The notes below the pieces were generated by a model. It saw only the letters and a program-made list of their open reading frames with translations, searched no databases and was not told where the DNA came from. A stretch of 64,000 nt of DNA, from positions 104,098 to 168,097 of the forward strand of contig JAUVHV010000002.1 in the NCBI GenBank assembly GCA_030593065.1, read 5' to 3'. Every line of letters starts with the position of its first letter. Position 1 is the stretch's first letter. Shown here piece by piece: positions 39,277-48,575 of the stretch. Both the position numbers and the translations under genes were made by a program. The DNA comes from Candidatus Omnitrophota bacterium. GTDB lineage: Bacteria; Omnitrophota; Gorgyraeia; JABMRG01.

Positions 39277-39810
39277 CTACTTCATAACCAACCTAGATAT
39301 AAGCATAGAAGCCCTTATAGCTACGCCTTGTTGGCTACTTCTTGTACTTATATTCAGCTTTTCAATCTTGAGTATTTGTGAAGAATTTTTAATATCATAT
39401 ATAAACCTCATAAGAGAGTCCATATCAGATTCGGTATCTATCTTAACAGCAAACCTGCTATAGTAATCTTTCTGTTCTGGAGGGTTTGGCCTCATGCTTG
39501 TAATCTTAAGGCCTGAACGGCTAGCAATCTTCTCAATCTCATCAAGTATTAATGTTATGTCCTGTTCATTACTCCCTTTTGACTTAAGCTTTTTCTCATA
39601 GGTTGAATATTCCGCATCCACCTTCTGCTTCTCCTTTATAAGAGAGAGGGACTTCTTCAATTTTACTTTGATAAGCTCTATCCTGCTATTAACACTCCTC
39701 CATCGCATAAAGAGTGGTTCTACTAAAAGATTATAGCATAGCCCTATAATAATTACCGCAATTACGCTAACAAGTATTCTCTTTTCTCTCTTTGAAAGTT
39801 TTTCCAGCAT
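39277..39810 (-). CDS. PilO/GspM-like inner-membrane platform protein
   Basis: 177 aa; N-terminal TM, coiled-coil, C-terminal ferredoxin-like domain; follows the pilM-pilN fusion. Confidence 0.55.
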   Translation of the reverse strand: MLEKLSKREKRILVSVIAVIIIGLCYNLLVEPLFMRWRSVNSRIELIKVKLKKSLSLIKEKQKVDAEYSTYEKKLKSKGSNEQDITLILDEIEKIASRSGLKITSMRPNPPEQKDYYSRFAVKIDTESDMDSLMRFIYDIKNSSQILKIEKLNISTRSSQQGVAIRASMLISRLVMK

Positions 39811-41283
39811 CTAATCTAATAAGCCTTTCTTAAAATTACATCTTATCTGAAAATCTATCACAGCAGATCCTCTTGTACGCTTTTCAGTAACAGATCGCGT
39901 CTGCACATTACTAAAACTTACTGAGCTCTCAAGCAGAGTTACTAACTTAAATACATCCGAAATTTTACGCGCCATGCCGCGAAATCGAACAACTCTTGAT
40001 GGGTCATCATAATTAAAATCGAGCAAAAAGATATTCTCCGGTATAAGGTTATGCAGGCTATATATAACATGCAGTGATGAGGCTTCTCCTGAAAGCTGCT
40101 CTTTGATACTCCGCAACTTTTTAAATTTTATCTCTACCCGGCTGGCTGCCGGCTCTATCTGCCCATACATCAATTCAAGCTCATTCAAAAGCTTCTCTTC
40201 CTGGTATATCTTTAAGCCTATTAATGCAAGTACAACTGAAAAGATAAGAAATGAAGTAATTGTAATGCCTATAATTTTCCTGATTGCAACATTTTGGCTC
40301 TGCTTTTTTTTCTCATCCTGCGAAATAAGGTTGATACCTTCCCCGGCAAACGGGCCTCCACACACTGCGCACATCGAAACATCCTGGGGTATCCCTGTTT
40401 CAGCTAATGCTTCGTCCGCAAGAAAGGCTCCGTGCAGCACATTTACCGCTTTGCAGGGAGTCTCGACAGCAATCGCGAAAAATTCCGCGAAACTTTTAAT
40501 AACAGAATTAGCGCCTGTTACAACAAACTCAGATATATCTCTTGCTTCCGTAGTCTTCTCTTTAAGATACGCGGCTATTGAACGCTTTATCTCATCTACA
40601 AGCCTTGTTTTTGATGAATCGTCTTGCCACTCCTGCTCCAATATATCCAGCGCGCCTATAGAAATAGATCTACTAAAACTGAGTTTTCCACCGGAAACTA
40701 TTATTATCTCAGTATCATCACTATCTATATCTATGAGGCAAATGTTCTTCTCTTTTGTTAAAGTTACTCCGGCTGTATCCAGCCACCCGATTATAACCTC
40801 TGAACTCAATCTTATCCGCTTAAGCCTGTTACCTGATATACCTAATATATGGTTAATCCGTACAATCTCGTTTTTTGGGGAAACAACCAGCATAACCCTG
40901 GAATAGCCTTCCGCGTCCCTACCCAATACCTCGTAATCTGAGATAATCTCATCCTGGGAATATGGCGTCTGCTTTGTGATCTCAAATGATACCATCTTCT
41001 CTATCTCTGACTTATCCAGAGCAGGAAGGCGTATATACCTTACCATTGTCCGCTCTCTGGAGATGATAAAAGTAACAGAATCGAGTTTTATACCGTTACT
41101 GCTTGCGGTATCATTTAGCAATTTAGCTATCTCTTCCTCAGATAATCCGAATACAGGTTCAATTAAAAGTTTAGTTACAACAGGCCCATTAGGGGTAATC
41201 TCTGACTGCAGGATCTTGAGATATTTTTTATCTACCTCTATATACAGATTCGGTTTTTTAGATAGGATAAACGGAAGATTCAA
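39811..41283 (-). CDS. Type IV pilus assembly PilM-PilN fusion protein
   Basis: 490 aa; actin-like PilM region (ICLIDIDSDDTEIIIVSGGKLSFSRSISIGALDIL), then a TM segment (IIGITITSFLIFSVVLALIGL) and a PilN-like periplasmic domain. Confidence 0.7.
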   Translation of the reverse strand: MNLPFILSKKPNLYIEVDKKYLKILQSEITPNGPVVTKLLIEPVFGLSEEEIAKLLNDTASSNGIKLDSVTFIISRERTMVRYIRLPALDKSEIEKMVSFEITKQTPYSQDEIISDYEVLGRDAEGYSRVMLVVSPKNEIVRINHILGISGNRLKRIRLSSEVIIGWLDTAGVTLTKEKNICLIDIDSDDTEIIIVSGGKLSFSRSISIGALDILEQEWQDDSSKTRLVDEIKRSIAAYLKEKTTEARDISEFVVTGANSVIKSFAEFFAIAVETPCKAVNVLHGAFLADEALAETGIPQDVSMCAVCGGPFAGEGINLISQDEKKKQSQNVAIRKIIGITITSFLIFSVVLALIGLKIYQEEKLLNELELMYGQIEPAASRVEIKFKKLRSIKEQLSGEASSLHVIYSLHNLIPENIFLLDFNYDDPSRVVRFRGMARKISDVFKLVTLLESSVSFSNVQTRSVTEKRTRGSAVIDFQIRCNFKKGLLD

Positions 41284-41289
41284 TTTCAG

Positions 41290-42426
41290 TTACTCCTGAT
41301 ACCAATATTTAATTAAAGGCGGCCTATTCTTATTTTTAAAGCTATATACCGCTTCCAATTTTATCTTTACTTTTTTTACCTGGGCCGATACTATTGCGCG
41401 ATATGTATCTGAAGTTACGCTAAACTGTGGATCAAAGCCTGAAATAAGATCCCTTATCCTGCTGTATTCATCGATTGTTATACCATAGATATTAGCATAC
41501 CATTCGGCATCTTGCAAATTCTTTATTTCAACAAGCCCTTCTTTTCCTCTGTCAATTATAGTTGAACCGAAAGAAAACCACGCGTCATCACTTGTACCGA
41601 TAAGGCCATCTTCACCAGACCTGAAATTCGCTATCTTAGATGGGAGATTAGTAAAAACAGGGCCTATCAGGGCACTCAGAACCGGTTCGCTCGCGCTATT
41701 TATATTTATTTTTCCACTACCAAAAATTGTAATATACGGTTTAATCATATTCAGAATCCGCGGCGCAATACCCCTTACAAGCAAAAGTTCATATATCGTA
41801 TCGAAATCTGAATTCTTACAATCATATCCCTGTAAAAGGCCTTGATAGTAGGTGTTTTCAGCGCCATAGAGAAGCCTGTCTTCAGAAGAGGCGACATCAT
41901 TATCCATATCACGCCAATCTATTATAGCACCCGCTATATCCATGGCGTCATCTTCATCAATATCAAAATATAATAAGAGGTTGCTTATTGTCTCGTCACT
42001 AGCTGTATTAATATTTATTTTTGACTCTTCATCCATGAACCCATATAGCGTAACAGGAATATCGTCACTTTTTTTGGGTAAAGGATATTCATACCCCACT
42101 GTATAGCTTCCATCTCCAAAACGATGCCTGTCAAACAACTTCGTATTATTTGCCCAGGGTTGGCTTAAAGCATCCACGCCTATCGAAAGGTTATTTTTGT
42201 ATTCAAGCCTTTTCTCTGCCAATACGCGTATAATACCGGCACGGGCTATAAAATAGGCCTTTAGTTTATCAATATCATAAGATGTAAGCTTAAGTGAAAT
42301 AGCTGACTGCCTTCCTATGCTTACTGCAAATACAGCAAGTATAGCGACCATCCAAAGAGTGGTTATAAGTATTAGTCCTTTTTTGGTATTAGGCCCGCAA
42401 TTACCGGTTATCGGCTCGTAATTCAT
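41290..42426 (-). CDS. GspK-like minor pseudopilin (T2SS K / PilX-like)
   Basis: 378 aa; N-terminal hydrophobic helix; KININTASDETISNLL HhH-like motif typical of GspK. Confidence 0.6.
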   Translation of the reverse strand: MNYEPITGNCGPNTKKGLILITTLWMVAILAVFAVSIGRQSAISLKLTSYDIDKLKAYFIARAGIIRVLAEKRLEYKNNLSIGVDALSQPWANNTKLFDRHRFGDGSYTVGYEYPLPKKSDDIPVTLYGFMDEESKININTASDETISNLLLYFDIDEDDAMDIAGAIIDWRDMDNDVASSEDRLLYGAENTYYQGLLQGYDCKNSDFDTIYELLLVRGIAPRILNMIKPYITIFGSGKININSASEPVLSALIGPVFTNLPSKIANFRSGEDGLIGTSDDAWFSFGSTIIDRGKEGLVEIKNLQDAEWYANIYGITIDEYSRIRDLISGFDPQFSVTSDTYRAIVSAQVKKVKIKLEAVYSFKNKNRPPLIKYWYQE

Positions 42427-42438
42427 AATTACTTATTT

Positions 42439-43155
42439 TTATTCCTCTCTTGCCAACATATTAAGTTCTGCTAATACTGTATTAGAAAGCCTGCCCACAG
42501 GGATACATATCTGCCTGTAAAACTTTTTCTGGCTACTATCTTCAAAGCCTGATACTGACAACTTGACCTTTATTCCAAGCGGTAATCCATTTTCCGTTTC
42601 CCAGAAATCGAGCCACTCATATTCTATGATTCTTTCTTCTTCCTCAGTATCTCCGGCTGCTTTATCCACGTTGGAATATAGATAAGTGAATTTAAGATCA
42701 GTAACTCCGTAAAGTATAACGGGCTTTTCTTTTATAGGAGTTTTTAAGGCGTCTTCTTCAATATTCTCTTCAGTTACTGAAAGCAGGCCAAGAGCGTCTT
42801 TTAAGGATTCCACTTTTCTTATCAGGGCATGGCCTTTGTTACCCTGTTTTAAATAATAACTTACACGTCCAACATTTACATCCGCATTATCATTTTCAGT
42901 AATTGTAGTTACAAAAGAGGCCCTATTGCTATAGCCTTCAAAGGGTATATTGGATACATATACCATATTTTTAAAATCCTTTGTCATCTTTAAAAAGACG
43001 TGCCTTATTCTTTGCTGAAATTCCGCTTCAGTTTCAATGCGCTTATAGGATATAATACCACCTCTAAAACATGAATATAGCACAACAGCTATCGCGGAAA
43101 ATATAGCCACAGATACCAGAAGTTCAATTAATGTAAAAGCCTTCGCCCTATTCAT
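42439..43155 (-). CDS. Prepilin-type N-terminal cleavage/methylation domain pseudopilin (GspJ-like)
   Basis: 238 aa; KAFTLIELLVSVAIFS class III signal. Confidence 0.65.
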   Translation of the reverse strand: MNRAKAFTLIELLVSVAIFSAIAVVLYSCFRGGIISYKRIETEAEFQQRIRHVFLKMTKDFKNMVYVSNIPFEGYSNRASFVTTITENDNADVNVGRVSYYLKQGNKGHALIRKVESLKDALGLLSVTEENIEEDALKTPIKEKPVILYGVTDLKFTYLYSNVDKAAGDTEEEERIIEYEWLDFWETENGLPLGIKVKLSVSGFEDSSQKKFYRQICIPVGRLSNTVLAELNMLAREE

Positions 43156-43577
43156 TCTTCCTCATTTTCAATAACAATCGGCACGTATGTCAATATATCT
43201 ATCTTTCTTTCAGCTCCTCTTGCCTGCCAGGTTACGGAAGTGATAAATCGTTCTATTTCAAGGTCTTCCTGGCCATATTCATCATCCATATCATCCCTGG
43301 TAAGGGGAAGCGTCTGGCTTTTTAATAGGAAGCCTATGTCCATAAACTCTTCTTCCTTGAAAAAAGATAGGCCGACTCTCTCTGAACCGGGATCAAGCTC
43401 AAGTCCGAAAGTCCTGTTCTTTAAAAAAAGAATAGCCCCACGGTAACTGTTAGATAACGAAACTGCTTTTAGCGATGAGGTAAATGCGTGGTTAATAAAA
43501 ATAATAGAAACGGCTACAATGACAACTGTTATCAGTACTTCAATTAACAAAAATGCCTTATTCTTCGATATAATCAT
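43152..43577 (-). CDS. Minor pseudopilin (GspI-like)
   Basis: 141 aa; KAFLLIEVLITVVIVAV prepilin-like N-terminus. Confidence 0.55.
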   Translation of the reverse strand: MIISKNKAFLLIEVLITVVIVAVSIIFINHAFTSSLKAVSLSNSYRGAILFLKNRTFGLELDPGSERVGLSFFKEEEFMDIGFLLKSQTLPLTRDDMDDEYGQEDLEIERFITSVTWQARGAERKIDILTYVPIVIENEEE

Positions 43578-44043
43578 AAACTTTTATTGAGCCTGTGCCT
43601 GCCTCTATTGAGACTGCGATGGTTCTATTTTCTTTATTAGTAAGGTATACAGTCACGGAATTCGTATCACCGTCAGGTAAAAAGTCTATTGTCGCCTTAT
43701 CTGCCTTAACCTCTATACCATCCGGTATCTTAAAAGGCCTTCCCCACCTCTCCTTTAGCGGCTTAAAAGTATTATCCCCTTCATCTTCAACAGATATCTG
43801 GTACAAATTATTATCAATATCTATAGTAAGCCTGTATTTTATTCTTTCAAATACCGCTCTTTCACGACAAAAATTTGCTATATATGCAATATTTTTAGCG
43901 GAAGTTGTAATCCTGAGATCCTCATAGGTTCTTCTAAAAAGCGGGGTAGACAACACAACAAGGGCAAGAATAATTGCGGCAACCAACATCAATTCCAGGA
44001 GAGTAAAAGCGTATTTTGATTTTAAAATTTTTACCTTCCTCAA
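43558..44043 (-). CDS. Minor pseudopilin (GspH-like)
   Basis: 161 aa; YAFTLLELMLVAAIILAL prepilin signal. Confidence 0.6.
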   Translation of the reverse strand: MRKVKILKSKYAFTLLELMLVAAIILALVVLSTPLFRRTYEDLRITTSAKNIAYIANFCRERAVFERIKYRLTIDIDNNLYQISVEDEGDNTFKPLKERWGRPFKIPDGIEVKADKATIDFLPDGDTNSVTVYLTNKENRTIAVSIEAGTGSIKVYDYIEE

Positions 44044-44108
44044 TAAAATAGCTGTTTCATAACTATTTTATGGCTGTATGAAAATTTTGCAAATTTCTAT
44101 ACTATAAG

Positions 44109-44531
44109 CTACTCCTCTGCAACTTCCCAATTTACAATATCATCTGAGCTCTCTATGCCATCGGCTCCGCATGAAAATAGATCGTAATCCTGGGTATTAT
44201 GCACGCCTGGAGATATATAGTTATAGGGATTTCCCCAGGGATCTTTAGGGGTCTTTTTTATGTATGGGCCTTTCCAGTTAGGGGGAACCGGGGGAGAAGA
44301 GGGCATCTTTCTTAAAGCCGCAAGCCCCTGTTCAGTCGAAGGATATATACCATTATCAAGCTCATAAAGATCGAGCGCGGTTGCAAGATGTGCTTCTATC
44401 TGAGCTTGGGCTGCCGCAAAACGCGCCTCTTGTGATCTGCCAACAAGCCGCGGTACAACCAAGGCAACAAGTACGCTTATGATAATAACAACAAGCATAA
44501 GTTCTATTAAAGTAAAACCTCTTTTTTTCAT
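44109..44531 (-). CDS. gspG: Major pseudopilin GspG-like
   Basis: 140 aa; KRGFTLIELMLVVIIISVL, then ...LYELDNGIYPSTEQGLAAL...KDPWGNPY typical of GspG. Confidence 0.82.
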   Translation of the reverse strand: MKKRGFTLIELMLVVIIISVLVALVVPRLVGRSQEARFAAAQAQIEAHLATALDLYELDNGIYPSTEQGLAALRKMPSSPPVPPNWKGPYIKKTPKDPWGNPYNYISPGVHNTQDYDLFSCGADGIESSDDIVNWEVAEE

Positions 44532-44539
44532 TTCTCCTC

Positions 44540-45547
44540 CTATCCTAATTTAGCGCAGGATTTTCGCTCTATAAGTTTTGTTTCTAATAGAATCTTCAGA
44601 GGCTGCTTCTTCTTTCCTGTTACTATCTGATTTAATAATTCTACACCCATCCTTCCCATCTCCGCAATAGGCTGCCAGACTGTTGTTAAGGCAACAGGCG
44701 AATATGAACAAAGCGGATTATCATCAAAACCTACAATCGATATATCATCCGGAATCTTTAACCCCTTATTCCTTGCAACATCCATAGCTTCCATAGCCAT
44801 TACATCACTAGCGCAGAATATCGCGGTAGGGGGCTCTTTGAGTGATAAAAGATGCTCCATGGCCTTTTTAGCGGGTGAACGAAGATAATGGCCTACTGTA
44901 ATATAATTTGCGCTCAGCCTTAAACCATTTGACTTAATAGTAGATTTAAAACCCTCAAGCCGTTTTTTGCCGCTCTCTGTTGAAAGATCCCCCGCGATAG
45001 TAGCAATATTCTTATGGCCTAATTTCACAAGATACTCTATCACATTTATAGCTGCTTTTTCGTTATTTATGGCAATAGAATTTACAGGTTCTTTTTCAAA
45101 AGAATTGTTCAGTACCATACAAGGTACTTTTCGCGCAAGAATCTTCTTAAGCTGCTGCCTGTCACCATTTATATCAGCGAAAAGTATACCATTTATATAC
45201 TCGGGACTTAATGCGCTGCTTGTAAGCCAGTCCTCGTGTTTCTGCTTTTCACTTATATGGATTATAATGTCGATCTTTAACCTGCTTGCCGCAAGCACTA
45301 CCCCCTTTATAACCTTTGTGGCATAGAAAGAGTGGAATATATCTTCAAACTGCGGAACAATAAGGCCAAAGACCTTGCCTGTTTTACGTTTTATAGCTGG
45401 GCTTACAAAAGCATTAAGCTTTATACCTTTTATCGCGTCTTCGACTTTTTTTCTGTCACGTGATTTTACATTAGGAGCCCCGTGGATAACTCTTGAAACA
45501 ACCATGGATGAAACATTTGCCTTTTTTGCTATATCACTTATCTTCAA
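44540..45547 (-). CDS. LacI-family transcriptional regulator
   Basis: 335 aa; N-terminal HTH (MKISDIAKKANVSSMVVSRVIHG) and a periplasmic-binding-like sugar-binding fold; placed between gspF and gspG. Confidence 0.8.
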   Translation of the reverse strand: MKISDIAKKANVSSMVVSRVIHGAPNVKSRDRKKVEDAIKGIKLNAFVSPAIKRKTGKVFGLIVPQFEDIFHSFYATKVIKGVVLAASRLKIDIIIHISEKQKHEDWLTSSALSPEYINGILFADINGDRQQLKKILARKVPCMVLNNSFEKEPVNSIAINNEKAAINVIEYLVKLGHKNIATIAGDLSTESGKKRLEGFKSTIKSNGLRLSANYITVGHYLRSPAKKAMEHLLSLKEPPTAIFCASDVMAMEAMDVARNKGLKIPDDISIVGFDDNPLCSYSPVALTTVWQPIAEMGRMGVELLNQIVTGKKKQPLKILLETKLIERKSCAKLG

Positions 45548-45575
45548 TTTTTACTCCTCCGTTAATAAGCATTAT

Positions 45576-46793
45576 TTATCGTATCATCAAATTTAACTGA
45601 AATATAGGTAAAAGCATAGCAATTACTATAAAACCAACTGCCATACCCATAAAAAGTATGAGTCCCGGCTCAAGCAATGATGCAATTGTCTTTATTGTGC
45701 GGTCAATCTCAGTATCATAAGCATCCGCAATCTTGAAAAGTGACCTCTCCAGCGTACCGCTCTCTTCACCAACAGCTATCATATTTGTTACCATTGCCGG
45801 AAAATATTTACTCTTTTTTATGCTTTCTGATAAAGAAGCACCCTCTACAATATCCTTTCTAGCCACCTCCATATCCTGCTTTATAAGAGTGTTTCCTAAC
45901 GTACCGGCAGCTACACCCAATGCTCGAATAATAGGTACGCCATTTTCAATAAGCGTACCTAATGTCCTGCCAAACCTTGCTATCTCTACTTTCCGGATAA
46001 AGGAGCTTATAAGCGGAACTTTAAGTTTTATTGCGTCAAAAACAGCTTTGCCATCTTTTGTTTTTAACCACCTCTTAAAAACAGTTATAGCAATTATTAT
46101 GATAATTATTATTGATACCCAAAACCTTGCGAAAAAACTACTTACGGCAATAAGTATTTTTGTAGGCAATGGCAGCGCCTGGCCAAGGTCGATAAATATA
46201 GCTGTAAGCCTGGGAGCTACAAAACTTAAGAGAACAAATATCGTAATAAATCCTACAAACACCATTAATGCAGGATATGCCATACTGGCACGTACTTTTG
46301 ATATGCTCTCTTCATCCTTTTCCATAAAATCGCTTAGCCGCCTTAAAACATCCTCCATGCTGCCGCTTATTTCACCGGACGCAACCATATTAACATATAA
46401 GACAGAGAATACTTTAGGATGTTTTGCCAAAGCTGCTGAAAATGTAGTGCCACCTTTTACATCATCCCGTATAAGTCCTATTGTATGCCTTAAGTGCGGG
46501 TTTTCACTCTGCTCTATCAATACACTTAAACCACTTAGCATGGTAAGGCCTGAATCGAGAAGATTTGAAAGCTGCCTGGTAAAATTACTCAAATCTCGTA
46601 ATGGGATAGACTTAAAAAACAAGAGCCTTCCTTTTGATTTTTTTATAAAAGCAGCTGTCTCCTCTTCAATAGAAAGAACAAAAAAACCCATTGAGCTAAG
46701 CTTCGCGGCCGCCTGGTTCTGGCTTTCAGCTTCTATTTTTCCTTCCTTGACTTCAGCAGGCCCACGCTTTGCTTTATAGATAAACCTTGGCAT
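45576..46793 (-). CDS. gspF: Type II secretion system F-family inner-membrane platform protein
   Basis: 405 aa; duplicated GspF domains with three TM segments. Confidence 0.85.
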   Translation of the reverse strand: MPRFIYKAKRGPAEVKEGKIEAESQNQAAAKLSSMGFFVLSIEEETAAFIKKSKGRLLFFKSIPLRDLSNFTRQLSNLLDSGLTMLSGLSVLIEQSENPHLRHTIGLIRDDVKGGTTFSAALAKHPKVFSVLYVNMVASGEISGSMEDVLRRLSDFMEKDEESISKVRASMAYPALMVFVGFITIFVLLSFVAPRLTAIFIDLGQALPLPTKILIAVSSFFARFWVSIIIIIIIAITVFKRWLKTKDGKAVFDAIKLKVPLISSFIRKVEIARFGRTLGTLIENGVPIIRALGVAAGTLGNTLIKQDMEVARKDIVEGASLSESIKKSKYFPAMVTNMIAVGEESGTLERSLFKIADAYDTEIDRTIKTIASLLEPGLILFMGMAVGFIVIAMLLPIFQLNLMIR

Positions 46794-46795
46794 GT

Positions 46796-48496
46796 CTAGC
46801 CTTCAGTTTCTATCTCAGTAACACGCAAAACTTCTCTTATTGTAGTTATGCCCTTTTCAACCTTCGCCATGCCATTGTTAAATAAAGTTCTCATGCCATT
46901 TTTAAGGGCTCGTTCTTTTATCTCATTTATAGAGGCTCTTCTTAGCACAAGGTCACGTATCTCATCATTCATAACGAGTATTTCATAAATTGCGGTTCTG
47001 CCCTTAAACCCGGTAAATTTGCATGATTCACAACCCTTGCCCTCAAAAAAAACTCTCTTCTGATTAAGATCAAGCTTAAGCTCTTTAAAGAGTTCCTTAT
47101 CCGGCACAACTTCCTTTTTGCATTTATCACATATTACCCTTACCAGCCTCTGCGCGATAGCCGCTTCTGTTGAACTTGAAACGAGATATGGCTCAATACC
47201 CATATCGAGTAACCTTGTTATCGCTCCAGTTGCGTCATTAGTATGTAATGTTGAAAATACAAGGTGCCCGGTCAGAGCAACCCTTATGGCTATCTCAGCT
47301 GTCTCAATATCTCTTATCTCTCCAACCATCATGATATCCGGATCATGGCGTAACATTGAACGTAACCCCGCACCAAAGGTGAGGCCGATTTTTGTGTTTA
47401 CCTGTATCTGGGTAATACCTCGTAACTGATATTCAATAGGATCCTCTATAGTTATGATATTCTTGCTTGCGTCATTAATCTTACTCAAACAGGCATAAAG
47501 CGTTGTTGTTTTTCCGCTTCCCGTAGGGCCCGTAACAAGTAACATGCCGTGGGGTTTCCTTATTATCTCTTCAATAACATAAAGGTCATTTCCAAAAAGG
47601 CCCAACTTCTCAAGCCCCATCAGTATACTGCCGCTTAATATCCTGATATGAACACTCTCACCATATGATGTTGGAATAACCGATATCCTGAAATCAAGTT
47701 CCGCGCCTGCTATTTTTAATTTTATCCTGCCATCTTGCGGAAGACGTTTTTCCGCGATATTTAGCGCAGACATTATCTTTATGCGTGAAACTATAGCTGA
47801 ATGAAGGTATTTTATTGTTGGTGGTATACTAGCGTTGAATAAAACACCATCTACGCGATACCTTATACGGAGCTCTCCTTCAAATGGTTCTATATGTATA
47901 TCTGTTGCCCTTTCGGTAACAGCCTGATGAAAAACCTGATTTACAAACTTTATAATTGAGGCGTCATCCGCCATATCATCGATATTGCCGGATGCCTCAA
48001 GTTGCGTAGGCCCGGAGCCCCCCACATCTGCCTGGCCTATAATCTTTTCTACTGTCTCAGCGCCAACTCCGTAATATTTCTTTATAGACTCGAGTATATC
48101 CTTTTCACTTGATAAAACAGGCTCTATATCATACTTAAGGATCAGCTTTATATCATCTAATACCCCAAGATCAAGGGGGTTTGTTACCGCGATTGTCAAT
48201 TTTATGCCTTCAAGGCTTATTGGAATTATTTTGTAGTAACAGGCGAATTTGGCAGGAACCTTTTCAATAATCTCTGGTTTAATATCAAAATCTTTTAATC
48301 TTTTGTATTGAACGCCTATCTGACGGGAGAGCGCAATAAGGACATGCTCTTCGGTTGCAAAACCCAGATTGACAATCGTGCTGCCGATTAAGCCACCTGT
48401 CTTTTGCTGATCTGAAAGTGCCTTCTCAAGCTGCTCAGCAGTGATTACCTTATCCTCAAGAAGCATCTCACCCAGTTTTCTATCAGCCATTGCCAT
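46796..48496 (-). CDS. gspE: Type II secretion / type IV pilus assembly ATPase (GspE/PilB family)
   Basis: 566 aa; N-terminal T2SSE_N domain, Walker A GPTGSGKTTTLYA, tetra-Cys zinc motif (CDKC...CESC). Confidence 0.9.
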   Translation of the reverse strand: MAMADRKLGEMLLEDKVITAEQLEKALSDQQKTGGLIGSTIVNLGFATEEHVLIALSRQIGVQYKRLKDFDIKPEIIEKVPAKFACYYKIIPISLEGIKLTIAVTNPLDLGVLDDIKLILKYDIEPVLSSEKDILESIKKYYGVGAETVEKIIGQADVGGSGPTQLEASGNIDDMADDASIIKFVNQVFHQAVTERATDIHIEPFEGELRIRYRVDGVLFNASIPPTIKYLHSAIVSRIKIMSALNIAEKRLPQDGRIKLKIAGAELDFRISVIPTSYGESVHIRILSGSILMGLEKLGLFGNDLYVIEEIIRKPHGMLLVTGPTGSGKTTTLYACLSKINDASKNIITIEDPIEYQLRGITQIQVNTKIGLTFGAGLRSMLRHDPDIMMVGEIRDIETAEIAIRVALTGHLVFSTLHTNDATGAITRLLDMGIEPYLVSSSTEAAIAQRLVRVICDKCKKEVVPDKELFKELKLDLNQKRVFFEGKGCESCKFTGFKGRTAIYEILVMNDEIRDLVLRRASINEIKERALKNGMRTLFNNGMAKVEKGITTIREVLRVTEIETEG

Positions 48497-48575
48497 AAAA
48501 TTACCTTTGCTATATTTTATCTAATATATCACAAAGTATTATAAGTTGCAACCAGAATTCAAAAGCTATTCTCTT

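Noticed and set aside
40103-40906. 267-aa plus-strand ORF
   Set aside because: It is antisense to the PilM-PilN fusion gene, and has no RBS or family motifs. Judged spurious.
45733-46779. 348-aa plus-strand ORF
   Set aside because: It lies entirely antisense within the well-supported gspF gene. It is low-complexity (Ser/Ile/Leu-rich), as expected from translating the reverse strand of an AT-rich membrane-protein gene.
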